From the IMG/VR virus record IMGVR_UViG_3300017785_004784, positions 1-24,245 of that record: a DNA stretch of 24,245 bases, one strand, 5' to 3'. Below the pieces are notes generated by a model. It was not told where the DNA came from. It worked only from the letters and a program-made list of their open reading frames with translations, and did no database searches. The stretch comes from a virus. Taxonomy: Duplodnaviria > Caudoviricetes. Shown in pieces: positions 1 through 8,639 of the stretch. Every line of letters starts with the position of its first letter. The first letter of the stretch is position 1. Made by a program: the position numbers and the translations under genes.

Positions 1-421
1 CGCTAGTTGTAGTTAGTACACTTAATTCATAACCCACAGTGTCATTAGTTAGTACGATAGTTGGCGCACCAGTTGGCGTAATCTCGCCTAGTAAAATTAC
101 TACCCGAACAAAGTCAGAATCGCCTACATTAGAAACAACTAACTCGTCTGATAATTGAGTGTTCACCAAATCATTTAACGAACTAGCATCAATTACAAAC
201 GTTTCAAATCCGGTTAGAGCTTCAATAAGGTCTAATGTTGAGTTAATGCGAGAAGTAATTGCCGAGCCTAAATTAGACACCGCAAGCAGACTGGACTTTG
301 TTCCGTTGGCTAATAAAGCTAAATTGCCTGCGGTAATGACATAATCAGCGTCGCCTCCCGACGAGCCATCTGGTGCTGGATCTGGTTCAGGTTGTTCACC
401 TGGAAATGGAGCACCTGGCAT
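1..421 (-). CDS. Hypothetical protein downstream of portal, probably virion-associated (partial, runs off left edge)
   Basis: ATG at 421, 2 nt after portal stop; open to position 2: MPGAPFPGEQPEPDPAPDGSSGGDADYVITAGNLALLANG...; not in ORF track because it has no stop in the window. Confidence 0.75.
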   Translation of the reverse strand, partial: MPGAPFPGEQPEPDPAPDGSSGGDADYVITAGNLALLANGTKSSLLAVSNLGSAITSRINSTLDLIEALTGFETFVIDASSLNDLVNTQLSDELVVSNVGDSDFVRVVILLGEITPTGAPTIVLTNDTVGYELSVLTTTS

Positions 422-423
422 AA

Positions 424-2982
424 CTAATCCTCATTTTCATCTTCGTCATCTTGTATTGATAACGTAGTGTTTCCCATGTCGTCTGTGCCGATCATACCTT
501 TACGTCGTCCAGCTTTAGGTATGATGTTTTGTATAACTATCGGCTTTTGTTCTTGCTTAGGCTGTTCGATGGAACGATTTTGTATTGTTTCCATGCTCAT
601 CCTAACTCGCTCCAGTTGCTGTTCTGACGCCAATCGTCGCTCTTCCATAAGCTTCTCTGACTCGGCCAAACGAATCCGCATTTGCTCAAGCTCAAGTTTT
701 TGAATCTCAAGAATTTGAGCCATGCGATTAGTTTCTTGTTGAATTGCTTGTTTGTTAGCATCCGACTGAGACATTGCCTGGACTTTAAGCATATCAACCT
801 GAACAGAACTTTGCTTAACCTGTATCTCTTGTTGAGCCAGGGCAAGTTCCTGCTGTTTAAAATATTCATCAGTTTGCTGCTTCTGTACTTCCAACTGCGA
901 AGCAAGTTGATCCCGTTGCATCTTGAGTTGTTGGTCTTGGTAAGCAAGCTGATTCTTTGTAGCCTTGTCCTGCATTTCCATCTGCATGACCTGAATCTTA
1001 GCTTGTGACTCCACCTGAGCTATTTGGAGACGCCCCTGTACCTCAAGCGTTGTAGGGTCCGGCGGCGGCGGCTGTTTAGCAGCTTCTTCCTTAGCTTTCG
1101 CAATTTCTCCAACTTGCTGCATAGCCTTTGTGAAAATACCATCGAGTTCCTTGCCTCCTTTCATGCGTTTAATCATGTTTTGGAACAGGGAGATACTGAA
1201 GTCCAAAAGCGGTGGGTACTGGTCTACTAAGCCTCTCATCTGATCAAAGAACTGACCTGCCTGTTCGATAAGCATGGCACCGTCTTGCTGCTGTTGCTGC
1301 TGGTCGATGGCAATCATGCTGTCAGTAGCAATCTGGATGCGGTAGCTACGCTTCTTGTTGTCACGAAGCAATCCGATGATCTGCTGCTTCATTTCATCAA
1401 TCTTTTGCAGTGGATCTGGAGCAGGAGGTGGAGGTGGTGCCATTGGCGGCATACCTTCTGGGGTCATCTCTGGCATTGGAGGGGCTGGTGGAATGTAGAT
1501 CGTCGGCTCGATAAGAGCATCAGCATCACCGATGTCAAGGATTGTTTCTGGCTCAAACTGTTCCGCAACAATCGTGCCAAGGTTGCTTATGGCATCTGAT
1601 ATAAACTTGCTGAACATGTTTTGGCGTACAACCAAACCGAGGGATGACCATTGATTCTCCAGTCGATTAGCGGTTGCTGACTTATATTGTTCGCTTGTAC
1701 CACGAAGCAAATCAGAAACTTTCAGCGTTTCGTAAAGCTGTTGAAGTGCTGCGCTACGAGCGCCTTGAAGCACGTTAAGAGCGTTTACAAATGGCTCGAC
1801 TGGATAGAACTCTACTCCTGCTTGCAAGCCACCACGGCCCTTATAGGACGGCCAGTTAATGATTGGAGTACCCTTCAGGTCGCCAGCAAATAACTGCTCA
1901 ACGGTTGGTCCCATTGCAGCGTCGTACAGGAAGTTAGTACGGATAGCCTGGGTTACGGCATGGATACGAGTGGTAAGCCGCTCAACCTCAAGAATCTGGT
2001 CACGAACGTGAGCATAGTCAGAAACAGGAACTACTGAGTCTGGGTCTGCTGACTGACGGATAACCGAGCAAGGATAGAACTTCTCAAACTTAGTAGGTGG
2101 TTCAGACGATTCAATAATAGCCTTTTCGCCTGTCTTTTGAAGCCAATACACCTTGTTAGTAGCTTCGCACCAAATCTCGTGTAGTTCTGCTTTACCCTCA
2201 AACTTATCCTCTTTACGAGCCAAGTCTTTCTTCATGACCTCTGGAAACGAGTCATAAACGAGGTCATTAGCTACATCACGGCCAAAGAGTTGTTCTGCCT
2301 GACTGCGGTCGAGGAAAGCACGACGAGACTGCCATTCGATTTCATCTTCGCTTCGGGCATCGGAGCAGTTGTAATCGTTGTATTGGATAACGTCGAGCAA
2401 CGCTCTTTCACGAACCTTACGCTCAACCTCCATTGAAGCCATAAGAATGTTGCCTTCGCCTTCCTCAAGGATGTCGGTATCGCCTGTGTATGGTCGACCG
2501 CTACCGTCAATAATCTGGCCTGACGGGTCTTTGATTACCGCCATTTCCTCCAAAACGGTCTCAAACTTGGCAGCGTATCTCGCCCACAGAACGCTCTGAC
2601 CAGTAAGCAAAAACTGTAATGCTGCGTTATAACCAACCTTATCGAAGTCGAAATGCGTATCCATGACGAACTGTGTGTTTCGTTCAAGGATTACGCTACC
2701 AAGCTCATAAGGTAAGCCACCTGTTCGCTTACGAAGGTTTACTTCCGCTTTAGGGGTAGAAGAGTAATAAGCAGGAAGCAAAGTATTGATACAATACCAC
2801 CAAACATTAAGTCGTCGCTCGGCATCATTCAGGATTCCTACCTGTTTTTGAGCGTTATAAACCCGAATTGACTCTTCGGCGGTTTCTATAAATTTACGGC
2901 GACGTTCTTCGGATTGAGTGATTTGAGCCTTCCACCAGCGAGGACTGTACTTTTGGATGAGAGGCTTAATCTTAACACTCAT
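424..2982 (-). CDS. Portal protein (P22-like, long C-terminal coiled-coil barrel)
   Basis: 852 aa directly after TerL (ATGA overlap); portal-like 'SATAN' segment; Q/E-rich helical C-terminus. Confidence 0.85.
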   Translation of the reverse strand: MSVKIKPLIQKYSPRWWKAQITQSEERRRKFIETAEESIRVYNAQKQVGILNDAERRLNVWWYCINTLLPAYYSSTPKAEVNLRKRTGGLPYELGSVILERNTQFVMDTHFDFDKVGYNAALQFLLTGQSVLWARYAAKFETVLEEMAVIKDPSGQIIDGSGRPYTGDTDILEEGEGNILMASMEVERKVRERALLDVIQYNDYNCSDARSEDEIEWQSRRAFLDRSQAEQLFGRDVANDLVYDSFPEVMKKDLARKEDKFEGKAELHEIWCEATNKVYWLQKTGEKAIIESSEPPTKFEKFYPCSVIRQSADPDSVVPVSDYAHVRDQILEVERLTTRIHAVTQAIRTNFLYDAAMGPTVEQLFAGDLKGTPIINWPSYKGRGGLQAGVEFYPVEPFVNALNVLQGARSAALQQLYETLKVSDLLRGTSEQYKSATANRLENQWSSLGLVVRQNMFSKFISDAISNLGTIVAEQFEPETILDIGDADALIEPTIYIPPAPPMPEMTPEGMPPMAPPPPPAPDPLQKIDEMKQQIIGLLRDNKKRSYRIQIATDSMIAIDQQQQQQDGAMLIEQAGQFFDQMRGLVDQYPPLLDFSISLFQNMIKRMKGGKELDGIFTKAMQQVGEIAKAKEEAAKQPPPPDPTTLEVQGRLQIAQVESQAKIQVMQMEMQDKATKNQLAYQDQQLKMQRDQLASQLEVQKQQTDEYFKQQELALAQQEIQVKQSSVQVDMLKVQAMSQSDANKQAIQQETNRMAQILEIQKLELEQMRIRLAESEKLMEERRLASEQQLERVRMSMETIQNRSIEQPKQEQKPIVIQNIIPKAGRRKGMIGTDDMGNTTLSIQDDEDENED

Positions 2983-4394
2983 ATCTTAGCTCGTTTCTGT
3001 TGTGACCGCATTTGGGCAATATACGCCTGTAATTTAATCTTACCCTTGTTAAAGACTTCCGCTGGTTGTTCCCACTTAGCGTCTACCAGGCGTCCTTTGC
3101 AGAGGTACCGTAAAGCATCGCAAGCATGATCATTACCAGTAGAATCCGCATCTTCAGGGTTGCGTTTGTCTATTGACAGTGATGGTAGTGTTTCCAGCAA
3201 ATATGGGCAACTAGCAAATATGTAGAGGAGCGGAGGGTTAGACACCAATCGTTGCCGTATTTGCGACCAGCCAGATATGCGGTCATTGTCAGCGGCTCGG
3301 AACGAGGGAAACTTATATTTGGCGAAGACCTGTGTAAACTGGTCGGCAATGCTTGGACCCCCTTCGTGGTTAAATATACTTGGGTCGGCAAAGGCTAATG
3401 GATTTTCTCCGACAGAAATTGCTCCAATTCGATTTGCCTGATCAACGTTATCAACTCCTTTTCCCCACATCTCACGGTATATGACGATGGCTCCTTTTTG
3501 GTACGGAACCTCGTTTCCAGCATCATCACGACCTGAACTGACAGCGCCCCAGATAGCAGCAAAAGGGCTGCGGTAACCCCAATCATACCCCATGTATCGG
3601 GGCCAGTGTTTAGGGATATTGAAAGGACTAATGATATGTTTAGAAGAAAACTCAGGAAAATAACTGCCTTCATGGATTTCAAAGTCTCCTTCAAGCCATG
3701 CACGAACAAGCTCTGGCGAGCCTACCATGTGCAGTCGGTTGATATACTCAGGGTCACGAGCGAGCAGAATCTGGTTATCGTGTACCCTACTCGGAATATA
3801 AATGTAGTCAAAGCTACTTCCGTTGGGTAACTGTTTTTGTAGGATTTTCATCCCTTTTGGCGCTGGCTTAATAAACAGCTCTTTAAGCCAACCGTGACCT
3901 ACGCCGCCTGGGTTAAAGGTAAGTATAACCTGGCCACCGCCCTTACCTCGCAACGCTCCAAACAACTTCCATATACAGCTTGGGTCGGAATAGTTACCTG
4001 CCTCCTCTATCGCCGCATGGCTAAGATTCTGTCCTTGATACTTTTCAGCATCTTGGTCGTTAGCCAACGGACGAAACCGCAACCGACCGCCGTTAGGGAA
4101 CGTAAACTGCTTTTTCTGGTCCTGCCAGTGAGCTTCTAGGGGTAGGTAAATCTGCTTTGCCCGTTCGATGAGGTCATCCGCTTGAGGGAGTTCTTTTCTA
4201 AAAAATATCGCATTGAAGTCACTGCCGAATTGCTCCTGAGCTATGGCAAACTTGCCTAATACGCCGTCAGTTTTACCTCCACCTCGTGCACCGCCGTAGC
4301 CTATAAGGGTTATAGGGCAGTGGATCAGAGCTTCTTGAGGACCGGACTGGGGAGCCCATACAACCTGCTCGTTAGCCTGTAACTCAGCATCCAT
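2979..4394 (-). CDS. terL: Terminase large subunit
   Basis: Q-motif PQSGPQ, Walker A GGARGGGKT, Walker B AAIEEAG, TFNPGG coupling motif, RNase H-like nuclease GYDWG...DHACDALRY. Confidence 0.95.
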   Translation of the reverse strand: MDAELQANEQVVWAPQSGPQEALIHCPITLIGYGGARGGGKTDGVLGKFAIAQEQFGSDFNAIFFRKELPQADDLIERAKQIYLPLEAHWQDQKKQFTFPNGGRLRFRPLANDQDAEKYQGQNLSHAAIEEAGNYSDPSCIWKLFGALRGKGGGQVILTFNPGGVGHGWLKELFIKPAPKGMKILQKQLPNGSSFDYIYIPSRVHDNQILLARDPEYINRLHMVGSPELVRAWLEGDFEIHEGSYFPEFSSKHIISPFNIPKHWPRYMGYDWGYRSPFAAIWGAVSSGRDDAGNEVPYQKGAIVIYREMWGKGVDNVDQANRIGAISVGENPLAFADPSIFNHEGGPSIADQFTQVFAKYKFPSFRAADNDRISGWSQIRQRLVSNPPLLYIFASCPYLLETLPSLSIDKRNPEDADSTGNDHACDALRYLCKGRLVDAKWEQPAEVFNKGKIKLQAYIAQMRSQQKRAKI

Positions 4395-4545
4395 TCTTTA
4401 ACTCGTTACATTCAGCCCAGAACTCTTCCCAATTAAGCTCGTATAACTCCTTAACGAACTCCTTTTCGCACTCAATACAGAGGTTTGTAGTTATATCCCA
4501 CAGTGAGCCACATTCGGGACACTTCCAATGACCGCTATTGTCCAT
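4384..4545 (-). CDS. Small zinc-ribbon protein (53 aa)
   Basis: Read manually: MDNSGHWKCPECGSLWDITTNLCIECEKEFVKELYELNWEEFWAECNELKNGC; two CxxC motifs; overlaps both neighbours. Confidence 0.7.
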   Translation of the reverse strand: MDNSGHWKCPECGSLWDITTNLCIECEKEFVKELYELNWEEFWAECNELKNGC

Positions 4546-4720
4546 CGTCACCTACCATTACAGCGTTATCGCCGTATATGCGCTCTACCTTACAGTTAGG
4601 GTTTTGGCAGTAAAAGTAGAAATCTATGCCGTCCTGAACGCTGGCGGTAGAGACGTGGTTGCACCAAGGACATCGGCGTGTAGTTTCTGTCTCATCCTTC
4701 ATGCGGTGTTCTATGCCCAC
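4535..4720 (-). CDS. Small zinc-ribbon protein (61 aa)
   Basis: CPWC...CQNPNC; GTG start overlaps upstream stop. Confidence 0.7.
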   Translation of the reverse strand: MGIEHRMKDETETTRRCPWCNHVSTASVQDGIDFYFYCQNPNCKVERIYGDNAVMVGDDGQ

Positions 4721-5030
4721 TATTTTATAACCTCTTCATCTCCAGGCATTGAATTAAACGGTCTCCATGCCACAGGAGCGTCATAACCATCGGAATTTGG
4801 CAGTGACCAATTATTATCAATGTATTTCCCAAGCACTACCTTTTTCTTATCCCCGTTCTTAATTAGGGCATAAAGCAACTCGTTATTGGATGGCATTTCT
4901 TGCGAGCATAATTTCCACGGATTTTGTTGTTCTGTCATCTCAAGCCTCCAAAGCAATGCACAACTAAAAATAAACCAAATTAACATCGGTAATAATGGCA
5001 AATGGTCCTTCATGCGGTGTTCAATGCCCA
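4695..5030. repeat. 25-bp direct repeat (24/25 identical) at 4695-4719 and 5006-5030
   Basis: TCCTTCATGCGGTGTTC(T/A)ATGCCCA, encoding the shared N-terminus MGIEHRMKD on the - strand. Confidence 0.95.
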
Positions 5031-5031
5031 T
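4720..5031 (-). CDS. DUF551-like small protein; probable internal start at 4938 (MTEQQNPW...)
   Basis: W..cs.emP ... PVAWRP pattern typical of DUF551; GGAGG RBS before ATG 4938; N-terminus MGIEHRMKD duplicated from the downstream gene. Confidence 0.65.
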   Translation of the reverse strand: MGIEHRMKDHLPLLPMLIWFIFSCALLWRLEMTEQQNPWKLCSQEMPSNNELLYALIKNGDKKKVVLGKYIDNNWSLPNSDGYDAPVAWRPFNSMPGDEEVIK

Positions 5032-5399
5032 TACTTCTCCTCCGGTGGTTTAGGCAGCGGCATCCAGTAAGTAACTCTGTCTAAATCGGTATGGGAGCGG
5101 TGATAAAAACGATCTTTGCCGTTAAATACACCTATCTCTTGAAAGTTAATTCTTTCACTTTCCTTGTCCCATTCATCGATAAAATCAACGCAGAAGATGC
5201 AGTCTTGACCTTCCTCCGGCAACTGCTCCTTAACGCTGACCCACCCGCTAGAAGGGTTCACATCAACCATCTTCTCCATGTGGAGGATATGCTCGCAACT
5301 ATCCTGCTTTTCCGGAGAGTTCATTACATTGTCGGCGTCAGCAACCTCATCCTTTGGTGGTATTATGTAAGGGTCTGGAACATAAAATGGTTTTGTCAT
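5031..5399 (-). CDS. DUF551 domain protein
   Basis: WVSVKEQLPE...VTYWMPLPKPP signature. Confidence 0.8.
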   Translation of the reverse strand: MTKPFYVPDPYIIPPKDEVADADNVMNSPEKQDSCEHILHMEKMVDVNPSSGWVSVKEQLPEEGQDCIFCVDFIDEWDKESERINFQEIGVFNGKDRFYHRSHTDLDRVTYWMPLPKPPEEK

Positions 5400-5587
5400 A
5401 GTCCCTCATCTCCGTGTATTGCGGTATGTTTCCAGTTTTCTAATTCTATCTCTAGTTCACTAATCTTCGTTTTGTACTCATCCTTTGCGGCTTGGTAGCC
5501 AGCGAGAAATGCGTGTTTAGTCCAATAAGCTGATTCGTTATCATAGCGGATATACTCCTCTGCCAACTCTTCAGGTGTTTTAGTCAT
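5396..5587 (-). CDS. Hypothetical phage protein (AFLAGY-motif type)
   Basis: MTKTPEELAEEY...AFLAGYQAA plus coiled coil; overlapping junctions. Confidence 0.75.
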   Translation of the reverse strand: MTKTPEELAEEYIRYDNESAYWTKHAFLAGYQAAKDEYKTKISELEIELENWKHTAIHGDEGL

Positions 5588-5795
5588 CGACTGCCCTCAC
5601 AAACTTAACTTCCTTAAATCCCTTGGCCTTCAAATCACACATCCAGACAAGTTTATTGTGGCCTTTTGGCATAGGCTCAAGGCTTGTTTCGCACCAATAA
5701 AGGATATGACACTTGGTTTTATCGCTACTAAACGAGCCTTCTACGATTTCCCCGTCGGGTGTTTCAATAGCCCAAAACTCAAGTGTTTTAGTCAT
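5575..5795. repeat. 13-bp direct repeat at 5575-5587 and 5783-5795
   Basis: GTGTTTTAGTCAT (ATGACTAAAACAC on - strand) at two adjacent gene starts. Confidence 0.85.
5580..5795 (-). CDS. Hypothetical phage protein
   Basis: ATG 5795 preceded by AAGGTGG; MTKTLEFWAIETPDG... Confidence 0.65.
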   Translation of the reverse strand: MTKTLEFWAIETPDGEIVEGSFSSDKTKCHILYWCETSLEPMPKGHNKLVWMCDLKAKGFKEVKFVRAVDD

Positions 5796-5802
5796 AACCA
5801 CC

Positions 5803-6054
5803 TTACTTTTCGCTTAAAAGATCACAAAGTTTGTCTTTTAACTCTAAGTATTTATTTGCATATTGTGACATTGCAGCGTCATACCCCTCCTGCCATTGAC
5901 GTGGTTGCTCAAGTTGAGCTTGCAAATATCCAGCTAAGTACGACTGCTCTAAGTGATATACAAACGATTCAAGTAATTCTTTATGATATTGAGTTTTACC
6001 AACGTATTTTTTAGCTTTTTCTAATATCTCTCGTTCGTTTTGATTTTTACTCAT
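5803..6054 (-). CDS. Hypothetical phage protein (YLAGY motif)
   Basis: ATG 6054 after GGGGAAT RBS; MSKNQNERE...SYLAGYLQA. Confidence 0.7.
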   Translation of the reverse strand: MSKNQNEREILEKAKKYVGKTQYHKELLESFVYHLEQSYLAGYLQAQLEQPRQWQEGYDAAMSQYANKYLELKDKLCDLLSEK

Positions 6055-6415
6055 ATTCCCCACTTCCGGTTATCTTTACTGTTTGTTTTTTAAGTGAGCG
6101 TCTATAGCCGCTGTACGAGCTTCCTGTGCTTTTTCTCGGTCTAACTCTACCTGTCGTTCAGCTAAAAAAACGTGCACATACAGAGCTTCAAGCGAGTCAA
6201 AACGAGCTTTATGCCAACTAAGCCATATACGCTTAAACATACCTACTAAACCGCTATATGGGGATAACTGGTCCTTTAACTTCTGGCTTTCACAAAACCC
6301 AGCCTTAAACGCTAAACGAACTGCTCTGTAGTCGTCGTTTTTTAGACACCACTGCGATGCAAACTTTTCAGCCTTATCGCTTAACTCACGGTTCATATTC
6401 CCCACTTCCGGTTAT
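6051..6415. repeat. 23-bp perfect direct repeat at 6051-6073 and 6393-6415
   Basis: TCATATTCCCCACTTCCGGTTAT, covering RBS plus start codon on the - strand. Confidence 0.97.
6076..6396 (-). CDS. Hypothetical phage protein (AFKAGF motif)
   Basis: ATG 6396 after GGGGAAT RBS, ATGA overlap with upstream gene; flanked by a 23-bp direct repeat. Confidence 0.7.
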   Translation of the reverse strand: MNRELSDKAEKFASQWCLKNDDYRAVRLAFKAGFCESQKLKDQLSPYSGLVGMFKRIWLSWHKARFDSLEALYVHVFLAERQVELDREKAQEARTAAIDAHLKNKQ

Positions 6416-6635
6416 ACTCAGCCTCAGTTATCTGGTTAGCCTTTAAATCGACTAACCCACGGCACCACCTACCACCACATGGCACCGCTTCAAACTCAGT
6501 CACGACGATAGTAGCCTTCCCGCAACCTGGACATACGAAATACCACGTTCTGTACGTTTCTGCTATATTCTTATTCTTTGTTAAGGAATTTTTCGGCAAA
6601 CTCTTCTTTGGATAACGGTTTTGCACTAACGACAC
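6393..6635 (-). CDS. Small zinc-ribbon protein; start uncertain
   Basis: CPGC...CGGRWC; 5' part overlaps the terS 3' end. Confidence 0.6.
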   Translation of the reverse strand: MSLVQNRYPKKSLPKNSLTKNKNIAETYRTWYFVCPGCGKATIVVTEFEAVPCGGRWCRGLVDLKANQITEAEYNRKWGI

Positions 6636-7035
6636 TTCTCACCTCACCACTATGCTGGATAAGCTGTGTTTCATTCCAACCAAGCTTAGTCTTAATCAAG
6701 TGAAGCAATATAGCCGTATTCCCATTCAACGCCTCCCCCATAGCCACCGTAGCGAGCCCCTTACGCATCTCACCCTCACCATCAGCGTACTCATCGGCAT
6801 AGTACTTATCCAGAATATACGGGCTTATACGAGCCGCTATAGCGACATTCCCACGAGTTAATCCCATCCGTGCCATATCCCTAATCTGAGCTCCTAAACG
6901 CTCACATTTAGTATGCGAAGGACTCTGCTTATGTATGACAGGAGCTTCATTTTGAACATTTAGATCGAAGTTTTCCCCGTTTTTGACGACTTCTACCTCA
7001 ACTATTTTCGTATCTAACTCATCCATATAACTCAC
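6571..7035 (-). CDS. terS: Probable terminase small subunit
   Basis: HTH-like segment (MARMGLTRGNVAIAARISPYIL), helical core, GNTAILLHLIKTKLGW motif; first gene of the packaging operon. Confidence 0.7.
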   Translation of the reverse strand: MSYMDELDTKIVEVEVVKNGENFDLNVQNEAPVIHKQSPSHTKCERLGAQIRDMARMGLTRGNVAIAARISPYILDKYYADEYADGEGEMRKGLATVAMGEALNGNTAILLHLIKTKLGWNETQLIQHSGEVRSVVSAKPLSKEEFAEKFLNKE

Positions 7036-7638
7036 TAATAAAAATAATTTAAAAATACCCTCTTGACAAAGTGTGATGTAACCCCCCCTAATAGGGAAGT
7101 CCTTTTCTTACACCCCCCTTCTAACGCAACTTCACCTACACAAAGAATTACCTCACTTCTCGTTACGTTCTTTCTCTATTCTATTATAAAAAAACATTAT
7201 TAATCTTATAAATATATTTCAGATCTCTACTACGTTCTCTGCTTAGATTCATTCTTTCCTGCCAGTCGTTACTTTCTCCTACCTTACGCCAAGCAAAGCT
7301 ATACCTATACTATACCAACAGCCTCGCTATGCGGGTCGCCGCCTGGGGCGTCGATCCATAACCTCGCTTGGCGGTATATTTTTCAACTCTTCAAATAACT
7401 CAACTTCAGTTCAAATCGTTTCCAAAATCAAAAACTCTATTACTAGATTTGTAGAACCCTGTTTGAGAAAGGGTAGGGAATTTTATATGTGGAGTGAGAT
7501 ATAGCTATAACCGGTACCCTCTTCGTTTTCAAATTCGTTTCAAAAACGAAAACTCTAATAGAGGAATCTCAATAACATACTGGAATCACTAACCTAATTC
7601 TTTACTTAACTAGTTTTCTAATTCTCGTTAGGTAGTAA
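7036..7638. other. Large non-coding region upstream of terS (candidate packaging/terminus or origin region)
   Basis: No ORF >=60 aa; AT-rich, G-poor + strand; imperfect 30-bp repeat 7410-7439/7528-7557; isolated GC-rich hairpin ~7333-7358. Confidence 0.5.
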
Positions 7639-7923
7639 CTATGCGCACTCACTCATTAATTTCATGAAGTCTCTGTCACTCATACCGCTTACCTCACGCA
7701 ACGCTAGTATTTCTGCGAGGTGATACATACGCTTTACCCGCTCACGGTAGCACCAGGCATGGTGTGACATACCGAATAGAGCAGCTGCCCTACGTTGTGT
7801 AAGCCCCATGGTGTAACGTATACGCCTATAGAGGTTATCCTTAGGGTAAGGCATAGCATGACGATAGCTACCTACCCACCACTTATCATTCACAAACTGT
7901 CTATCTATTGCACGTTGCCGCAC
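7639..7923 (-). CDS. XRE-family helix-turn-helix regulator (alternative start ATG 7854)
   Basis: YRRIRYTMGLTQRRAAALFGMSHHAWCYRE matches XRE HTH pattern; divergent from the early operon. Confidence 0.8.
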   Translation of the reverse strand: MRQRAIDRQFVNDKWWVGSYRHAMPYPKDNLYRRIRYTMGLTQRRAAALFGMSHHAWCYRERVKRMYHLAEILALREVSGMSDRDFMKLMSECA

Positions 7924-8108
7924 GTTATATACCTAACCTTATATAATTAGAATCATACATCATACTTAATACTATACGGTAACAGGTAACACTCACACAA
8001 CCATGAGAGGGTTACAGCACTGTCACGACTTGTTTCAGCATGACGAAACTGACCCCACTTTTATTCACAACTTTCTCAAGATTATTTCATCTTATGCCGA
8101 ATCATATA

Positions 8109-8137
8109 TTGACTGTAGTACATCATACATGTATAGT
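8109..8137 (+). promoter_or_regulatory. Sigma70-type early promoter with overlapping inverted repeat
   Basis: TTGACT(8109-8114)-17 bp-TATAGT(8132-8137); ATCATAC 8122-8128 / GTATGAT 8136-8142. Confidence 0.8.
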
Positions 8138-8184
8138 ATGATTATTGAGTGAGTGATTAACGCTCACGATTAAGGGGAAACAAT

Positions 8185-8373
8185 ATGAACATCGAGATAG
8201 ACGACAACATTGCAGAGGGTACGGAATACGAGATCAAGGTTAACGGCCGATCCGTGTTCATTGGCGTGGCTGAGTACGACGGTGATGCCGATGATACTGC
8301 CAACCGTATCGCCTTTTCGTTGTACGGGGAGAGCTTGCACACAAAACTAACTATCACGGTATCAGCACTGTAG
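8185..8373 (+). CDS. Small acidic early protein
   Basis: AGGGGAAAC RBS, 62 aa, first gene after promoter. Confidence 0.75.
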   Translation: MNIEIDDNIAEGTEYEIKVNGRSVFIGVAEYDGDADDTANRIAFSLYGESLHTKLTITVSAL

Positions 8374-8452
8374 TGCCTAGTGTATCCGTAGACTCCCCAT
8401 GAGTAGGGAGTTTATCGGTAACATTGGGTTACCTGTAACGATAGGAGACAAC

Positions 8453-8575
8453 ATGAATAAAGCACGACTACGACAAGACTATACTTTATCGGGATGCTGG
8501 ATTACGGATCTAATTTGCGGGGTGTTCATTGGCTTGGTTTCATTCGTAGGATTAGTTTTGTTTTTTTCATGGTAA
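8453..8575 (+). CDS. 40-aa single-pass membrane peptide
   Basis: AGGAGACAAC-ATG; MNKARLRQDYTLSGCWITDLICGVFIGLVSFVGLVLFFSW. Confidence 0.65.
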   Translation: MNKARLRQDYTLSGCWITDLICGVFIGLVSFVGLVLFFSW

Positions 8576-8639
8576 TACTTGCATCCTATGTGGGATGTGT
8601 GGCATCATACAGTGAGTAGTTAATTTTTAGGGGAAACAT

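Noticed and set aside
159-3129. Numerous + strand and alternate-frame ORFs over the portal region
   Set aside because: Shadow ORFs of a long coding sequence; no RBS or recognisable motifs
4695-6415. CRISPR array or diversity-generating retroelement
   Set aside because: Repeats are three unrelated pairs separated by whole genes; no regular spacers, no reverse transcriptase, no adenine-specific TR/VR pair
7063-7092. TTGACA promoter next to terS
   Set aside because: No good -10 at 16-18 bp spacing (CCTAAT at best) and no downstream + strand gene; left uncalled
7321-7378. tRNA or known structured RNA in the GC-rich patch
   Set aside because: No cloverleaf, T-loop GTTC or CCA end; only a single hairpin is supportable
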